From Okamejei kenojei (lineage: Eukaryota), in NCBI GenBank assembly GCA_035221665.1, contig JAVHYY010000086.1:434001-498000 (forward strand): a stretch of DNA of 64,000 nt, in the 5' to 3' direction. Numbering within the stretch: position 1 is the stretch's first letter; each line of letters begins with the position of its first letter. This document shows, piece after piece, positions 37,901 through 50,640 of the stretch. The notes under the pieces are model-generated. The model worked only from the letters and a program-made list of their open reading frames with translations, had not been told where the DNA came from and made no database searches. A program made the position numbers and the translations under genes.

Positions 37901-40728
37901 ACCACCGAAAAAACTGATGCATAGGTACAGATAATAGGCGTCTTTTTCATCAATCTTAGCCATATAACAACCTGCTGAATTAAATATTTTGCAGTATTCA
38001 ATGTCTCCATTTTAAAATGTTTGTATTCTACAAACTTATTTAGATCTGTAAGGTCCAGAATACTTCTGCAACCGCCATCTTTATTCATTCTAAAAATATT
38101 AAAACAAATTGATGCTCGTGTTCATAAGTTTTTTTCCATTACCCCTTTTCCAGATAATTGGGCAATTTGGACATTAATCTCTGCTTTTCAATTGCAAAAC
38201 ACGAAAACATAAGCAGTTTATTCTGTACAGGAGGATTAACCCCTTCTTTAAAAGTAATAGTGGTTAATGAAACTGCTTGTAATATATACCGATCAAAAGT
38301 AATAGTAAGCAGTCTTTATAAAACTTTTTGTAATCTCCCTCTAACTGGAGATTAATCCGCAGTTTCTTTAAGCATAGAACAAGTCTTTTAATTCCTCTCC
38401 ATATGAGCGTGGTGGTCTCCTTTTCCCCCCAATTCGGTAAGTATTTGGCTGTGCAGTACAATAAGACTTCCTTGACATATTTCTGCCTCTTTTTCCAAAA
38501 TCAAATCCCCTTCTGGGCGAAAATAACCTTTTTGTCCAAAGACAAAGGTTTCATGCAGCTAAAATATTTAACTTTTCATCCAATTTTAATAATTTAGGCA
38601 GATTACTCCAAACAGACAACCAGGAGCTTAAACACCACTTGCTCGACACAGGTATGCAAACCTTGGGTGAAAAATGGGCCAAATAGCCATTTACCTCATA
38701 CAAAATTTTCATAGAAAGAATTGCACAATAGCGTCTTTTTTTTTTTTTTCTCTTATCCATCTCCGCAAAAGCCATAACAGCAGCAGAATAATTTGTGAGG
38801 ATTTTTGAACCTCACTACTTGACGCTCTCATATTTGGGGTCATGGATGCCCATATCAACGGATAAACCGTAGGCACTTCCAATGAGGCACAATTTCTTGT
38901 GCTGTGCAATTTTTAATATTTCAATCATCACAGAAACATGAAGTTGGTGAGATACCAATATATTATATGTTGGCAGCTAGGTTTTCTTCCATAGCCTCAC
39001 CACTTCCTTCATATATAGCAAATTCTTTTGCTATCCCAGGCACATTTTGGCCTTTTTTTTTTTTTTTTTTTCTTTTTCTTTTTTATTTATTTTGTGTGTG
39101 CTTTCAAATGCAAATCACCATCAACAGGGTCTGCCTTCTGCAGCCCTAAATCAATTGGGATTTCATCCCATGAGACTTCTTCTTCCGGCCCAAATCCTGG
39201 GTCCGGAGTTCCAACTCCCAATTAGGCCCACAGCCATATTCAGAATAATTAAACCCCTCAGGGCTTTTTTAGGAACCTTCTGGGTACTATGACCCTAGTC
39301 TCATAATAAATTTGGAGAACTTTCTCCATATGCTCCATAATTAGTTCCACATAGTTTCATTATCTGGAGGACTTGCAATATCAGAGTCATCAAAACCACG
39401 GGCCTCTCAGATTTTTTTTTTTTTTTTTTTTTCAATTTTCGGGAGCATTTCTCTCCGTGGTTATCATTTTTGGAAACTAATTCGCTAACGGGTATATCTG
39501 CGGCCACCGGTATCGGAACCGGCTCCGCACTAGCTTTCCCGTATATTTATTTTTCACCCCAGGAAGCACTTTACCCGCGAATTTTCTTTTACTTCATAAT
39601 CTGTGCTATCCAGCACTTAACTTGACTCTGACTTGATTTAACATAACTATTACTGCTGGACCTACCCAGCGTCCGCTAAAACATCCCTACTTTGCTGCAC
39701 TTACCTGCGGGGCCGTTCCGACCGCTGCGAGGAGCTGCTCCTTACTGCAGCTCCTCCTTCCGCCGTCAGCGTTGACGTCATGCCGTTGCCAGCGTGAGGC
39801 GGGTTCTTCACGTAGTCACTCACGTGACTCCGAAGTAAAATTAGATTGAATGGGTATTGAACAGCGCCCCTCAATGTCTTCTGAACGTAATCTGCTTCCC
39901 CGCGTAAATGCACGATTTGGTGCAAGAACTGAGAAGCTCCAGCATGTATCCGCTTTCCTGTAGGATAAACTTTGGGTCAGCGGAATTGGAGTCGCTGGCA
40001 TAGTTATTGCTGGTCATTTGCACAAATAGAAAATTCGCGACGTACGTCAATCGCAACAGGAGAAAACTACCCGATATCGCCATGAGTAAAATGATAGTCT
40101 TTCCCCTGTTCTCCATCTCCGTGTCATTCTGTCGGTCTCCATTGCTCTGGGCCCGGAGCCTCCTGCGGGCTTTATTCGCCGTTAGGATGTATCTGACCGT
40201 CAGAACATTGAGTAGAAAAATGAGAAAGAACGGGACACATGGGTTTAACATCCGGTGCAGCCAGTCCTAAACTCTCCATGCAATGGAAGAGTAGTACATT
40301 TAGTTTATCGTGCAGAACCAGGGCACGTTATCAACCACGTACACTGGCTCGTATATAAAGTAAGAAGGGACGTTTTTGAAACAACCCAGCGCACAGACAG
40401 TTGCAATAACGGCTGCCGCGGTTTTTGTCCGTGCAATATCTGAGCTTCTGTCGGTGACAGCAAATGGCGATGAATCGATCGAAAGTGAAGGCGGCGGTCA
40501 ACCAAACAGACGTGTCCTTGGATGCCCAGCTGAGGAGAATAATACGTTTGCAGGCGGGAATGGTGGACAAATAACTAACGGGGAAATAAATAGCACGTAG
40601 CCGACTCAATATCACTGAAGTGATAATAACGAGGAGATCCGTCACTGCCATGAATGCAAGGTAGCTGGTGATACACTTCGTGAGGCCGCATATTCCTTGC
40701 ACCAGGATCACAATGGTCAACGCGTTCG
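34919..40728 (-). pseudogene. GPR139-like GPCR exon 2, copy 3 (40728-39839 plus C-terminal codons 34945-34919), split by a DIRS element
   Basis: After cacAG: ANALTIVILVQGICGLTKCITSYLAFMAVTDLL..FTFDRFIAICC..MLNPCVPFFLIFLLNVLTVRYIL..LLSSCT..YPFNLI, then DIRS, then KTWFKSYA*. Frameshifts present; exon 1 not located. Confidence 0.9.
34946..39841 (-). mobile_element. DIRS1-type tyrosine-recombinase retrotransposon, near full length, decayed
   Basis: Gag-like region, RT (ILDLTDLNKFVEYKHFKMETL), RNase H, methyltransferase-like region (DLYASRLN..YAFPPF) and YR (SYSAINTARSALS, HSTRAAATSA). Inverted terminal repeats, plus an internal complementary region at ~35172-35285 that joins copies of both ends. 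Confidence 0.95.
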
Positions 40729-41014
40729 CTGTGTGAGAGAGATCGAGAGATAGAAAATCCAGTAACGAAAATGACGTTTGCCTGTTACATCAACATGTTT
40801 GGAAGGCGACTATGCATTCGTATCCTTCACTGTTGACACCGCGATTGAAACACATCAGTTTAACGACGTACATTTCGCAGATCATTGCAGATCAATCTAA
40901 ACTTTAAAATTACTCTTAAATAATAGAGAGAAAGAAATAAGGCCTTGAAGAAAATTAAGGCGTGGAATTTCAAAACCAACAATGTCGGCAATAATGTGCA
41001 GGAAGGAATTGCAG

Positions 41015-42280
41015 ATAGAAACATAGAAACATAGAAATTAGGTGCAGGAGTAGGCCATTCAGCCCTTCGAGCCTGCACCGCCATTCAATATGATCAGGGC
41101 TGATCATCCAACTCAGTATCCCGTACCTGCCTTCTCTCCATACCCTCTGATCCCCTTAGCCACAAGGGCCACATCCAACTCACTCTTAAATATAGCCAAT
41201 GAACTGGCCTCAACTACCCTCTGTGGCAGAGAGTTCCAGAGACTCACCACTCTCTGTGTGAAGAAAGTCTTCTCATCTCGGTCTTAAAGGATTTCCCCCT
41301 TATCCTTAAGCTGTGACCCCTTGTCCTGGACTTCCCCAACATCGGAAACAATCTTCCTGCATCTAGCCTGTCCAACCCCTTAAGAATTTTGTAAGTTTCT
41401 ATAAGATCCCCTCTTAATCTCCTAAATTCCAGAGAGTATAAACCGAGTCTATCCAGTCTTTCTTCATAAGACAGTCCTGACATCCCAGGAATCAGTCTGG
41501 TGAACCTTCTCTGCACTCCCTCTATGGCAATAATGTCCTTCCTCAGATTTGGAGACCAAAACTGCACGCAATACTCCAGGTGTGGTCTCACCAAGACCCT
41601 GTACAACTGAAGTAGAACCTCCCTGCTCCTGTACTCAAAATCCTTTTGCTATGAAAGCTAACATACCATTCGCTTTTTTTCACTGCCTGCTGCACCTGCA
41701 TGCCTACTTTCAATGACTGGTGTACCATGACACCCAGGTCTCGCTGCATCTCCCCTTTTCCCAATCGGCCACCATTTAAATAATAGTCCGCTTTCCTGTT
41801 TTTACCACCAAAGTGGATAACCTCACATTTATCCACATTATACTGCATCTGCCAAACATTTGCCCACTCACCCAGCCTATCCAAGTCACCCTGCAGTCTC
41901 CTAGCATCCTCCTCACAGCGAACACTGCCCCCCAGCTTAGTGTCATCCGCAAACTTGGAGATATTGCCTTCAATTCCCTCATCCAGATCATTAATATATA
42001 TTGTAAATAGCTGGGTCCCAGCACTGAGCCCTGCGGTACCCCACTAGTTACTGCCTGCCATTGTGAAAAGGACCCGTTTACTCCTACTCTTTGCTTCCTG
42101 TTTGCCAGCCAGTTCTCTATCCACATCAATACTGAACCCCTAATACCGTATGCTTTAAGTTTGTATACTAATCTCTTATGTGGGACCTTGTCGAAAGCCT
42201 TCTGGAAGTCCAGATATACCGCATCCACTGGTTCTCCCTTATCCACGCTACTAGTTACATCCTCGAAAAATTCCACAAGG
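41015..42280 (-). mobile_element. Young CR1 LINE, 5'-truncated, inserted into a short repeat
   Basis: DFQKAFDKVPH, GVPQGSVLGP and (TATGTTTC)n tail. The flanks join to ggaaggaattgcag|atgctggtttaaaccgaag, a repeat head also seen near 46690. Confidence 0.97.
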
Positions 42281-42552
42281 AATTCCACAAGGATGCTGGT
42301 TTAAACCGAAGGAAGACATAAAATGCTGGAGTAAATCTGCGAGACAGGCAGCATCTCTGGAATGGAATTCTAATCTTGGCAATAAACCTGGCGAGAGTTT
42401 TAATCGTCTGCGATTTAACTTCAAGTGAAGTAACAGAAGCTTACAAAACCACTCATAGTAGCATTTAAACGACACGAGGGGCTGCACGTCAATGGTATTG
42501 TGAAGCGTATGATCTGAAAGGGCACACAGATCACAGGAGATCACATGTTATA

Positions 42553-42751
42553 AGAAGGAACTGTAGATGCTGGAAAATCGAAGGTCGCCAAAAATGCTGG
42601 ACAAACTCAGCGGGTGAGGCAGCATCCATGGAGCGAAGGAAATAGGTAACGTTTCGGGTCTGATGAAGCGTTTCGGCCCGAAACGTTGCCTATTTCCTTC
42701 GCTCCATAGATGCTGCCTCACCCGCTGAGTTTATCCGGCATTTTTGTCGAC
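42553..42751. repeat. Palindromic Penelope-derived short repeat, ~80-bp arms
   Basis: 42582-42660 is reverse-complementary to 42674-42751. Confidence 0.85.
42656..42691 (+). ncRNA. Minimal hammerhead-ribozyme-like motif
   Basis: GGGU-CUGAUGA-AGCGUUUCGGCCC-GAAAC-GUU-GCCU; helix I GGGU/GCCU and palindromic ACGU in place of helix III. Confidence 0.6.
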
Positions 42752-43879
42752 AGGAGGTCACATGATTGATTGCAGTGACATTCATTCTCGTGGAGGGACA
42801 GTAGGTTTTGCAAAGGTAATACGTCTTGAAAATTCTTCCGGCATTTACAATGCGTAGTTATGCGGACGAGTGATGAATCGACACGGGGAACGGACATGAA
42901 CAGTGCACTGTATCCATGGAATCATTTAGCCAAAGCCAAGCGGAAAATCCCAGTGCTACATTTCGTCTGAGGAAATGACAGATCGCTCAGTACTCAGTAA
43001 ATGCAGAAATATAGAAGCACGAAAGGCACTGAATAATTGCGCTCAATGCACGTTGCAATTGCATACGAGCACGAGAACGTTCACTCTCTTACAATAGCTG
43101 GGAAAAAACGTATTTTGCTGTCTCACTGTCGACCTTTACTGCCACACGATAAAAACTGAAATCTCGATAATTAATAATTGCAGAACATCAGCGGCAGCAT
43201 TATCGGTCTGAATATCAACAATGAAATATAATGAATAGAAAATGTCTTCAATCAGGAAAGACCCGTGAATGGGAACCGGAGAGGCAAGCACGCATATACA
43301 ATTAAGGAGAAATAATGTTAGTGTCGGTTATTGGTTTAATATCTTTGCATTTATGGTTCAATACCATGCTTAATTTGTTTATTAAACGTCATTGCCAAAT
43401 CCAAAAGATAGATGCATATATTAAAAGCGGCAAAGCAGGATACTCTCAGGGAGCCCTTCTAGAGATGTAACGACAAACAAAATCGACCTGATCCAGGAAA
43501 GAGTACTAAATGAATGGTTTCATTCACAAGGGTCCGTGCTGTTGTCATTTTAGTTTCGTTTAGTTTAGTTTAGTTTGCTACCCCATGTACCGACGTAAAG
43601 TGAAAAGGCTTTTTTTGTTTGCGCGGTATGGCGTCAGCAGAAATTCTAAACATAATTGAAATCAAGCCGTTCACGAAGTGCAGCTACAAGATGAAGAGCA
43701 TAACGGTTAGTGCAATAAAGAGTCCAATAATGTCCGATCATTGGTTGAGTCCGATTAATAATGCAGTCCAATGAATTATTGTGACAGGATATATACCGTT
43801 ATAGAATTACGAGCATTAGACAAATGCTGCGCTCGATGTTAGCTGATCAGCGGAGAGTAGAGGAAATCAGCGTGGGCAT

Positions 43880-45430
43880 AGAGTCATAAATTAATACAGT
43901 GTGGAAACAGGCCCTTCGGCCCAACTCGCCCACACCGGCCAACAATGTCCCTACAACCCGACACCCAGTTGATTGTGCTTGGTCCAAACCTGTCCTATCC
44001 ATGTACCTGTCCAACTGTTTCTTAAATAACTAGGTAGTTCCAGCCTCAACTACCTCCTCTGGCGGCTTGTTCCATACATCCGCCACCCACTGTGTGAAAA
44101 CGTTACCCCTCGGATTCCAAGTAACTCTTTTCCCATTCGCATTGAACGAATGTCATCTGGTCCTCTATTCCCCTACTCTGGGTAAAAGACTGTACATCTA
44201 ACCGATCTATTCATCTCATGAGTTTATACACCTCTATAAAATCTCCCCTCGTCGTTCTACGCTCTATGGGATAGAGACTCAGCCTACTCAGCCTCTCCCT
44301 GTAGCTCACACCTCTTTGTCCTGGCGATATCCTCGTATATCCTTTCTGAACCCTTTCAAACTTGACGATATATTTCCTATAACATGGTGCCCAGAACTGA
44401 ACACAATATTCTAAATGCCATCTCACCAAAGTCGTATACAACTGCAACATGACATCCCAACTTCTATATTCATCACTCTGACTGATGAAGGCCAGAATGC
44501 CAAAAGCCTTTTTGAACACCGTATCAACCGGCGACTCGACCTTCATGGAAGCATGCACTTGTGCACCTAGATTCCTCTGCTCTATAACACTACCCAGCCT
44601 ATCATTTACTGTGTAGGTCCTACCCTTGTTCGACGTCCCAAATTGCAAAATCTCACACATCTCTGTATTACATTGCATCAACCATTCCTCAGTCCACCTG
44701 ACCAATCGATCCAAATCCTGCTGCAATCGTCCACAACCATCTTCACTAACTTGCTAATCTTACCCTATATGTTCTCATCCAAATCATTGATATAGATGAC
44801 AAACAGTAACGGGCCCAACCCTGTGGCACACCACTAATCACGGGCCTCTATTCTGAGAAGCAACCTTCCACCATCACCCTCTGCTACCTCGCATGGAGCC
44901 AGTTTGCGATCCATTCAGCTATCTATCCTTGGATGCCATAAGATCTAACCTTCCAGAGCAGTCTACCATGCTGCACCTTGTCGAATACCTTACTATATTC
45001 CTTGTACACGACATGTACATTTACTGCCTTCATCGTTTCTGCTCGCGTCTTCAAATAACTCAATCAGATTTGTGAGACAGGACCTCCCACGTACAAATCC
45101 ATGCTCACTGTCGCGAATCAGCCCTAGACATCCAAATGCCTGTTTTGCATATCCCTCGGAATACTCTCCAGTAATTTAACAACTACAGATGATAATCTCA
45201 CCGGCCTATAGATCCCAATATTTTCCTTCCAGGCCTTCTACAAAAGAGTCATAACATTTGCCACCCTCCAATCCTCTGGCACCTCTCATGTATTCAAGGA
45301 AGATCCGTAAATTTCAACCAGGGCTCCCGCAATTTCCTCTCTGGTTTATCTAAAAGCCATCGGATGTATCTGACCAGACCCCGGATATTTGTCTACCTTC
45401 AAACAAGATAGTTCCTCCAGTACGTCCTCG
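43880..45430 (-). mobile_element. CR1 LINE fragment, older subfamily
   Basis: QQDLDRLVRW..HLEYCVQFWAP..RGDFIEVYKLMR. Confidence 0.9.
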
Positions 45431-45787
45431 ACGGTTATCCTGGCTGCTCTTCTAAATAGATACAATACAGTACAAAACCGTTCATTCTCATTTGAACCTC
45501 ATGGAGGTTCAAACGAAATTCAGTTTCAGCAATCACACAAACAAGAAAAGAACCAAGACGCAACACAATTTACACAAACATCCATCACAGTGAATCTCCA
45601 CCCCTGTACTCCCCAATCTCCTGTAAATAGTTAAGAAATAGTCAAAATATGTTCATGGCTGCTCGAGAACATCGATAGTTTTTAGTAGATGTTGAGTAAA
45701 GAAAACAACGTAAAAGAGGTCATTATTCAAACAATGATATCTGGAGCATTATTGAGGCATCATCGGTTTTGTGTCTCTATTACATAT

Positions 45788-46200
45788 CATAGAAACATAG
45801 AAAATAGGTGCAGGAGTAGGCCATTCGGCCCTTCGAGCCTGCACCGCCATTCAATATGATTATGGCTGATCATCCAACTCAGTATCCTGTACCTGCCTTC
45901 TCTCCATACCCCCGGATCCCTTTAGCCACAAGGGCCACATCTAACTCTCTCTTAAATATAGCCAATGAACTGGTCTCAACTACCTTGTGTGGCAGAGAAT
46001 TCCAGAGACTCACCACTCTCTGTGTGAAATATGTTTTCCTCATCTCGGTCCTAAAGGAATTCCCCCTCATCCTTAGACTGTGACCCCTTGTTCTGGACCT
46101 CTCCAGCATCGGGAACAATCTTCCTGCATCTAGCCTATCCAACCCCTTAAGAATTTTGTAAGATCACCCCTCAGTCTTCTAAATTCTAGCGAGTACAAGC
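45788..46200 (-). mobile_element. CR1 3' fragment
   Basis: RTRGHSLR..FTQRVVSLWNSLP and tail. Confidence 0.93.
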
Positions 46201-46766
46201 CAAATCTTCAGGGTCAAGTTTTCAGGGTCAAATATCAAGTCTTCAGGCATCACCGCGGAGGCCCAATGGTAGGGTGTGTACAATAGCCATGCCATGCAGA
46301 GTAAGGTGGCAACAAATATAATTAACGCATATGCTGCTTCGGACTGATCGTCAAACGTTATCTGGAACACCGAAAGCTGCAAGAGCAGAATAGTAAACTG
46401 CAAAAACCGGGCCGTTCCCAGGCGCGTGCATTTTCCGTGTGAACGTAGAGCTGATCACTTGCACTCTGAAGCAAGCACCTTGCCCCATCTCATTATGCCA
46501 TGCGGCCGTCCCTGGGGCGGCTGTTGCCATGGATCACATGTGTTGTTAGTCACCATTTTCCGAACAAATAGATTATCGCTGATTTTAATGCTGAACCGAA
46601 TTAATCGACTAGAAAACACAGAGCTATGATAAGACGTGTTTGAAGACGTTTTGGATATTTTAGTGTATAAATGCAAATCATATGTGTACGAAGGAAGTAC
46701 TGCTGCTGGTTTAAACCGAAGATAGACACAACAAGCTGGAGTTAATCAGTGGACAGGCAGTACCAT

Positions 46767-47090
46767 AGTTTAGTTTAGTTTAGTTTAGTTTGGAGATGCA
46801 GCGCGGAAACAGGCCCTTCGGCCCAACAGGTCCGCGCCGACCAGCGATCATTGCACATTAACATATGACCACTATCCAACAGCCACTAGAGACAATATTT
46901 ACATTCACTAAGCCACTTAACCAACAAACCTGTACGTCTTTGGAATGTGGAGGTAACCGATTATATCGGGGAAAATTCACGCAGGTCACGGGGAGAACAT
47001 ACAAACTCCGTACAGACAGCAGTCGGAATCGAACCCGGGTCTTCGGCGCTGCATTCGATGTAAGGCAGCAACTCTACCACTGCGCCACCT
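46767..47090 (-). mobile_element. tRNA-derived SINE with a CR1-type 3' tail
   Basis: Minus strand GGTGGCGCAGTGGTAGAG (A box) and GGGTTCGATTCC (B box); tail gggccgaagggcctgtttcc followed by (AAACT)n. Confidence 0.85.
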
Positions 47091-47389
47091 TGACCAGCAT
47101 CTTCTCTGGAAAGAAGGAGTGGGGACATATCTGGTCAGACACTTCTTCAGCCAGACATTGTCTAATGTAACTCATATAATAACTTTAAGCACCAATTAAG
47201 AAGTCGTTACGGACTACTGTAAGGATTTCGGATTTAAGGCAAATTTACTAGCGAAACTAAGCCTTGTTGGGTGTAAAAAGACGCGGAGGTGCGCTTTCTA
47301 AATTGGTTTAAGAGTCAAAACGTAAAGGTGAGTAGTTGTTTCTCGGACCGGAGGGAAGATTTCAGTGACGCCACTTTTAGCGTTGTGTT

Positions 47390-47760
47390 AAGGGTTGGAC
47401 AGGCTAGATGCAGGAAGATTGTTCTCGATGTTGGGGAACGCCAGAACAAGGGGTCACTGTTTAACGATAAGGGGGAAGTATTTAACGACCAAGATGAGAA
47501 TATCTATTTTCACACAGAGAGTGGTGAATCTGTGGAATTCTCTGCCACAGAAGGTATTTGAGGCCAGTTCATTGGCTATATTTAAGAGAGAGTTAGATGT
47601 GGCCCTTGTGGCTAAAGGAATCAGGGGGGTATGGAGAGTAGGCAGGTACAGGATACTGAGTTGGATGATCAGCCATGATTATAATGAATGACGATGCAGG
47701 CTCGAAGGGCCGAATGACCTACTCCTGCACTTATTGTATATGTTTTTATGTTTCCATGTT
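47390..47760 (+). mobile_element. CR1 3' fragment
   Basis: DRLDAGRLF..FTQRVVNLWNSLP. Confidence 0.92.
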
Positions 47761-47761
47761 A

Positions 47762-48845
47762 AGGCAAGGCAAGGCAAGGCAAGGAAACTTTATTTATATA
47801 GCACATTTCATACGCGAGGCAGACTCAAAGTGCTTCACATAAAAACATGTCATACAATAAAATGAAATAATTTAAAAAATAAATCAAATAGAAGAATTAA
47901 AAGAAAATAAAAGCAAAGTTAAAAATGCATTATACAAAAGTGCAAAAGTTAAAAGTGCAATGTAGCTAGGATTTAGTCGAAAGTTAAAGTAAACATAAAC
48001 GTTTTCAGCCTTGTTTTAAAAGTGGTCAAAGTTGGGGCAAGTCTTAAATCTTCAGGAAGATTATTCCAGCTATTTGATGCATAGTAACTAAATCCTGCTT
48101 TCCCATGTATTGTATTTACTCTGGGAATCACTAACAGATTGGTTTCTGAAGATCTTAGCGGACTAGAATACTTATGTAGTTGAAGCATGTCAGTGATATA
48201 TTTTGGCCCTAAACCATGTAGTGATTTATAGGTGTGCAGCAATATTTTAAAATCAATTATCTGACAAACAGGGAGCCAATATAAGGATTTAAGTCTTGGT
48301 GTAATGTGTTCAATTTTTTTTGTCTTTGTTAGAACTCTAGCAATAGCATTCTGAACCAGCTGTAGCTGCCTGACAGTTTTTTTTTCGGAAGACCTGCAAG
48401 GATACCGTTACAATAATCTAGCCTACTAGTAATAAAGGCATGTACAATTTTTTCTAAGTCTTGAGCTGACATGAGTCCTCTTAGTCTTGCTACGTTTATG
48501 AGCTGATAGTAGGCCGATTTTGTTACTGATTTCATGTGACTGTCGAAATGTAAATCTGAATCCATAATAACCCCGAGATTTCTGACTTTGAGGTTTTCAG
48601 GGAAAAATGTGAAAGTGTTGGGTTACTTTAAGCCTTTCTTTTTTAGCACCAAAAACAATTATCTCCGGTTTGTCCCTATTTAGTTGAAGGTAATTTTGGC
48701 ACGACAAGTCTTTGACTTGCTCAATGTACTGGCACAGCAGATCTATGGGGCGACAGTCATTTGGTGATAGCGTTACATAGATTTCAGTGTCCCCGACATA
48801 GCAGTGGTAGTCAATATTATTATTTCGCACGGTTTGCCCTAGTGG
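47762..48845 (-). mobile_element. L2-clade LINE 3' portion
   Basis: YHCYVGDTEIY, EKIVHAFITSRLDYCN, PTLTTFKTRLKT; 3' end gcactttgag..tgctatataaataaagtt followed by (TTGCC)n. Confidence 0.88.
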
Positions 48846-49129
48846 AAGGAGCGTTCTCACTTGTGCCCTGTATAAATGCAGAAGGACATCTTTGCTCCAT
48901 TACTCAACTCGTCATGTTATGCACGCCAACACACCAATCGCTTTCTTCATTGCCTACTGTACCCGCATGCTTACTTTCAGTGATGATGAATAAGGACATC
49001 CAGATCACGTTGTATTTCCCATTTTCCTAACATGTGCCATGTGCATTCAGTACTAATGTACCTTCCTGTTTTAGCTTTGTGTTTCTAGTGCTGTGGCGGT
49101 TGCCTACCAACTGCGCCACAGTGATGGGC

Positions 49130-49960
49130 CACTTCGCTGATAAAAGCTACGTATGCCTAACATATAGTCAGTTTCATCGAAAGGTAGGGTTCCAGTTACA
49201 CTCCATGAGTGAGCAGGACCTTCCTGCCTGGTTTGTGTACCTGGGATTCCACTCTTCGACTATGGATGCTGCTCTCATCAGGGTATCTTCTAAATCACGT
49301 AGCTCTGCTCTCACTCCCCCTCCCACACTCGTAACAAGGGCAGAACACTGTCCTCACCTTCCACCCTACTAGTCGTCACATAAAATTAGATAATCCTCCG
49401 ATATTTTCGTCTCATCCAACGGGATCCAGCACTGGCCACATCTTTCCATCTCTTCCCTGTCAATTCGTCCCTTCCCACGAAAAACACCCTCTCCCCTGTA
49501 CTTTCCCTAGCAACAGCAGGAAATGCTTCACTTGTCGCTTTACCTCCCCCCTTGACTCCAGTCTTTCAAGGTCCAGCAGAGGTTAACCTGCACCTTCTCA
49601 ACCTTATATATAGCATCCGCTGATCTAGGCGTCAGCTGCTCTACATCGGTGACACCAAACGTAGGCTTGTGGATCGCTTCGCCCAACAGATTCGCTCAGT
49701 TCGCAATTTTCTCCCTGTTCTCCCGGTGGCTCAGTACTTCAACTCCCCCTCCCATTCCGAATCCGACATTTCTGTCCTGTGCCTTCTTCATGGGCAAGGT
49801 AAGGCCCACCGCAAATTAGAGGAGCAGCAACTCATATTTTGCTTGGGTACTTTACACCCCAGCAGTATGAATATCGACTTCTCCAATTTCAGGTAGTCCT
49901 TGCATTCTCCCTCTTCCCCCTACCCTTCCCAGCTCTCACACAGCCCACTGGCTCCGCCTA
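49130..49960 (+). mobile_element. Penelope-like element fragment (GIY-YIG endonuclease region)
   Basis: LLYIGDTKR.., DRFAQQIRSV..PVAQYFNSPSHS..RKLEEQQLIFCLGTLHPSSMNIDF. Confidence 0.85.
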
Positions 49961-50124
49961 TTCATTTCTTCTTACGGGTACGAAGATGTGAACCTCACGT
50001 GATATATACTTTCGCAGATGTTTCCTCTCATCGGCGGCTGTTACCATCCTCTTTCAGTAGGTTTTCTCTGAAGGGACGGCGCGTCATTTGCGTTCTCAAC
50101 ATTATTCTCTAGATGTTTTCCTCA

Positions 50125-50554
50125 ATGCAGCACAATCTATTTTCCATCTACATCGTGTTGATAATACGTAAGTGCTAGAGCTCTTCACAAATAATACACG
50201 GTCGTATTATTATTTGCCCTTCTGTAGTCTTCTGTAACGCGACCGCATTTTATGTATTTCCGTAGGTCGTTGTCTCTCGGACAGAATATCGCAGATTCCG
50301 CCTGTCATTATTGTCCAGACTGGAGAGTCGATACTGATCAATTGCAACCTATGAGAAATACATTTATTCCATGCAGTGGTACAGACAGAAAAGTGGAAAA
50401 GGATTAGAAAGGGTAATCAGGCGAAGAGCGGTTGGGAGAGAGATCAATGGTCGTTTTAAATTAGGATTTCGCACCTGCTGACAAGGGCGGCCAGTTCATC
50501 ATCGAGAGCATCGAACCCGCCGACACGGCGGTGTATTATTGCGCGACATATATG
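50125..50554 (+). pseudogene. TRAV-like V segment V5 (leader 50125-50167, V exon 50266-50554), two one-base frameshifts
   Basis: Leader MQHNLFSIYIVLII then GTAAG; V exon CLSDRISQIPPVIIVQTGESILINC/TYEKYIYSMQWYRQKSGKGLE..GRF../PADKGGQFIIESIEPADTAVYYCATY. The frameshifts could be assembly errors. Confidence 0.9.
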
Positions 50555-50593
50555 CACAGTGAGAGAAACCGCGGCGGTCCCCACACAAAAACG
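50555..50593 (+). other. Near-consensus 23-spacer RSS of V5
   Basis: CACAGTG, 23-nt spacer, ACAAAAACG. Confidence 0.96.
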
Positions 50594-50640
50594 TTTCTCC
50601 TGTTTACAGCTGCTGCCGGCCCTGACAGCGCCGGTTGTGC

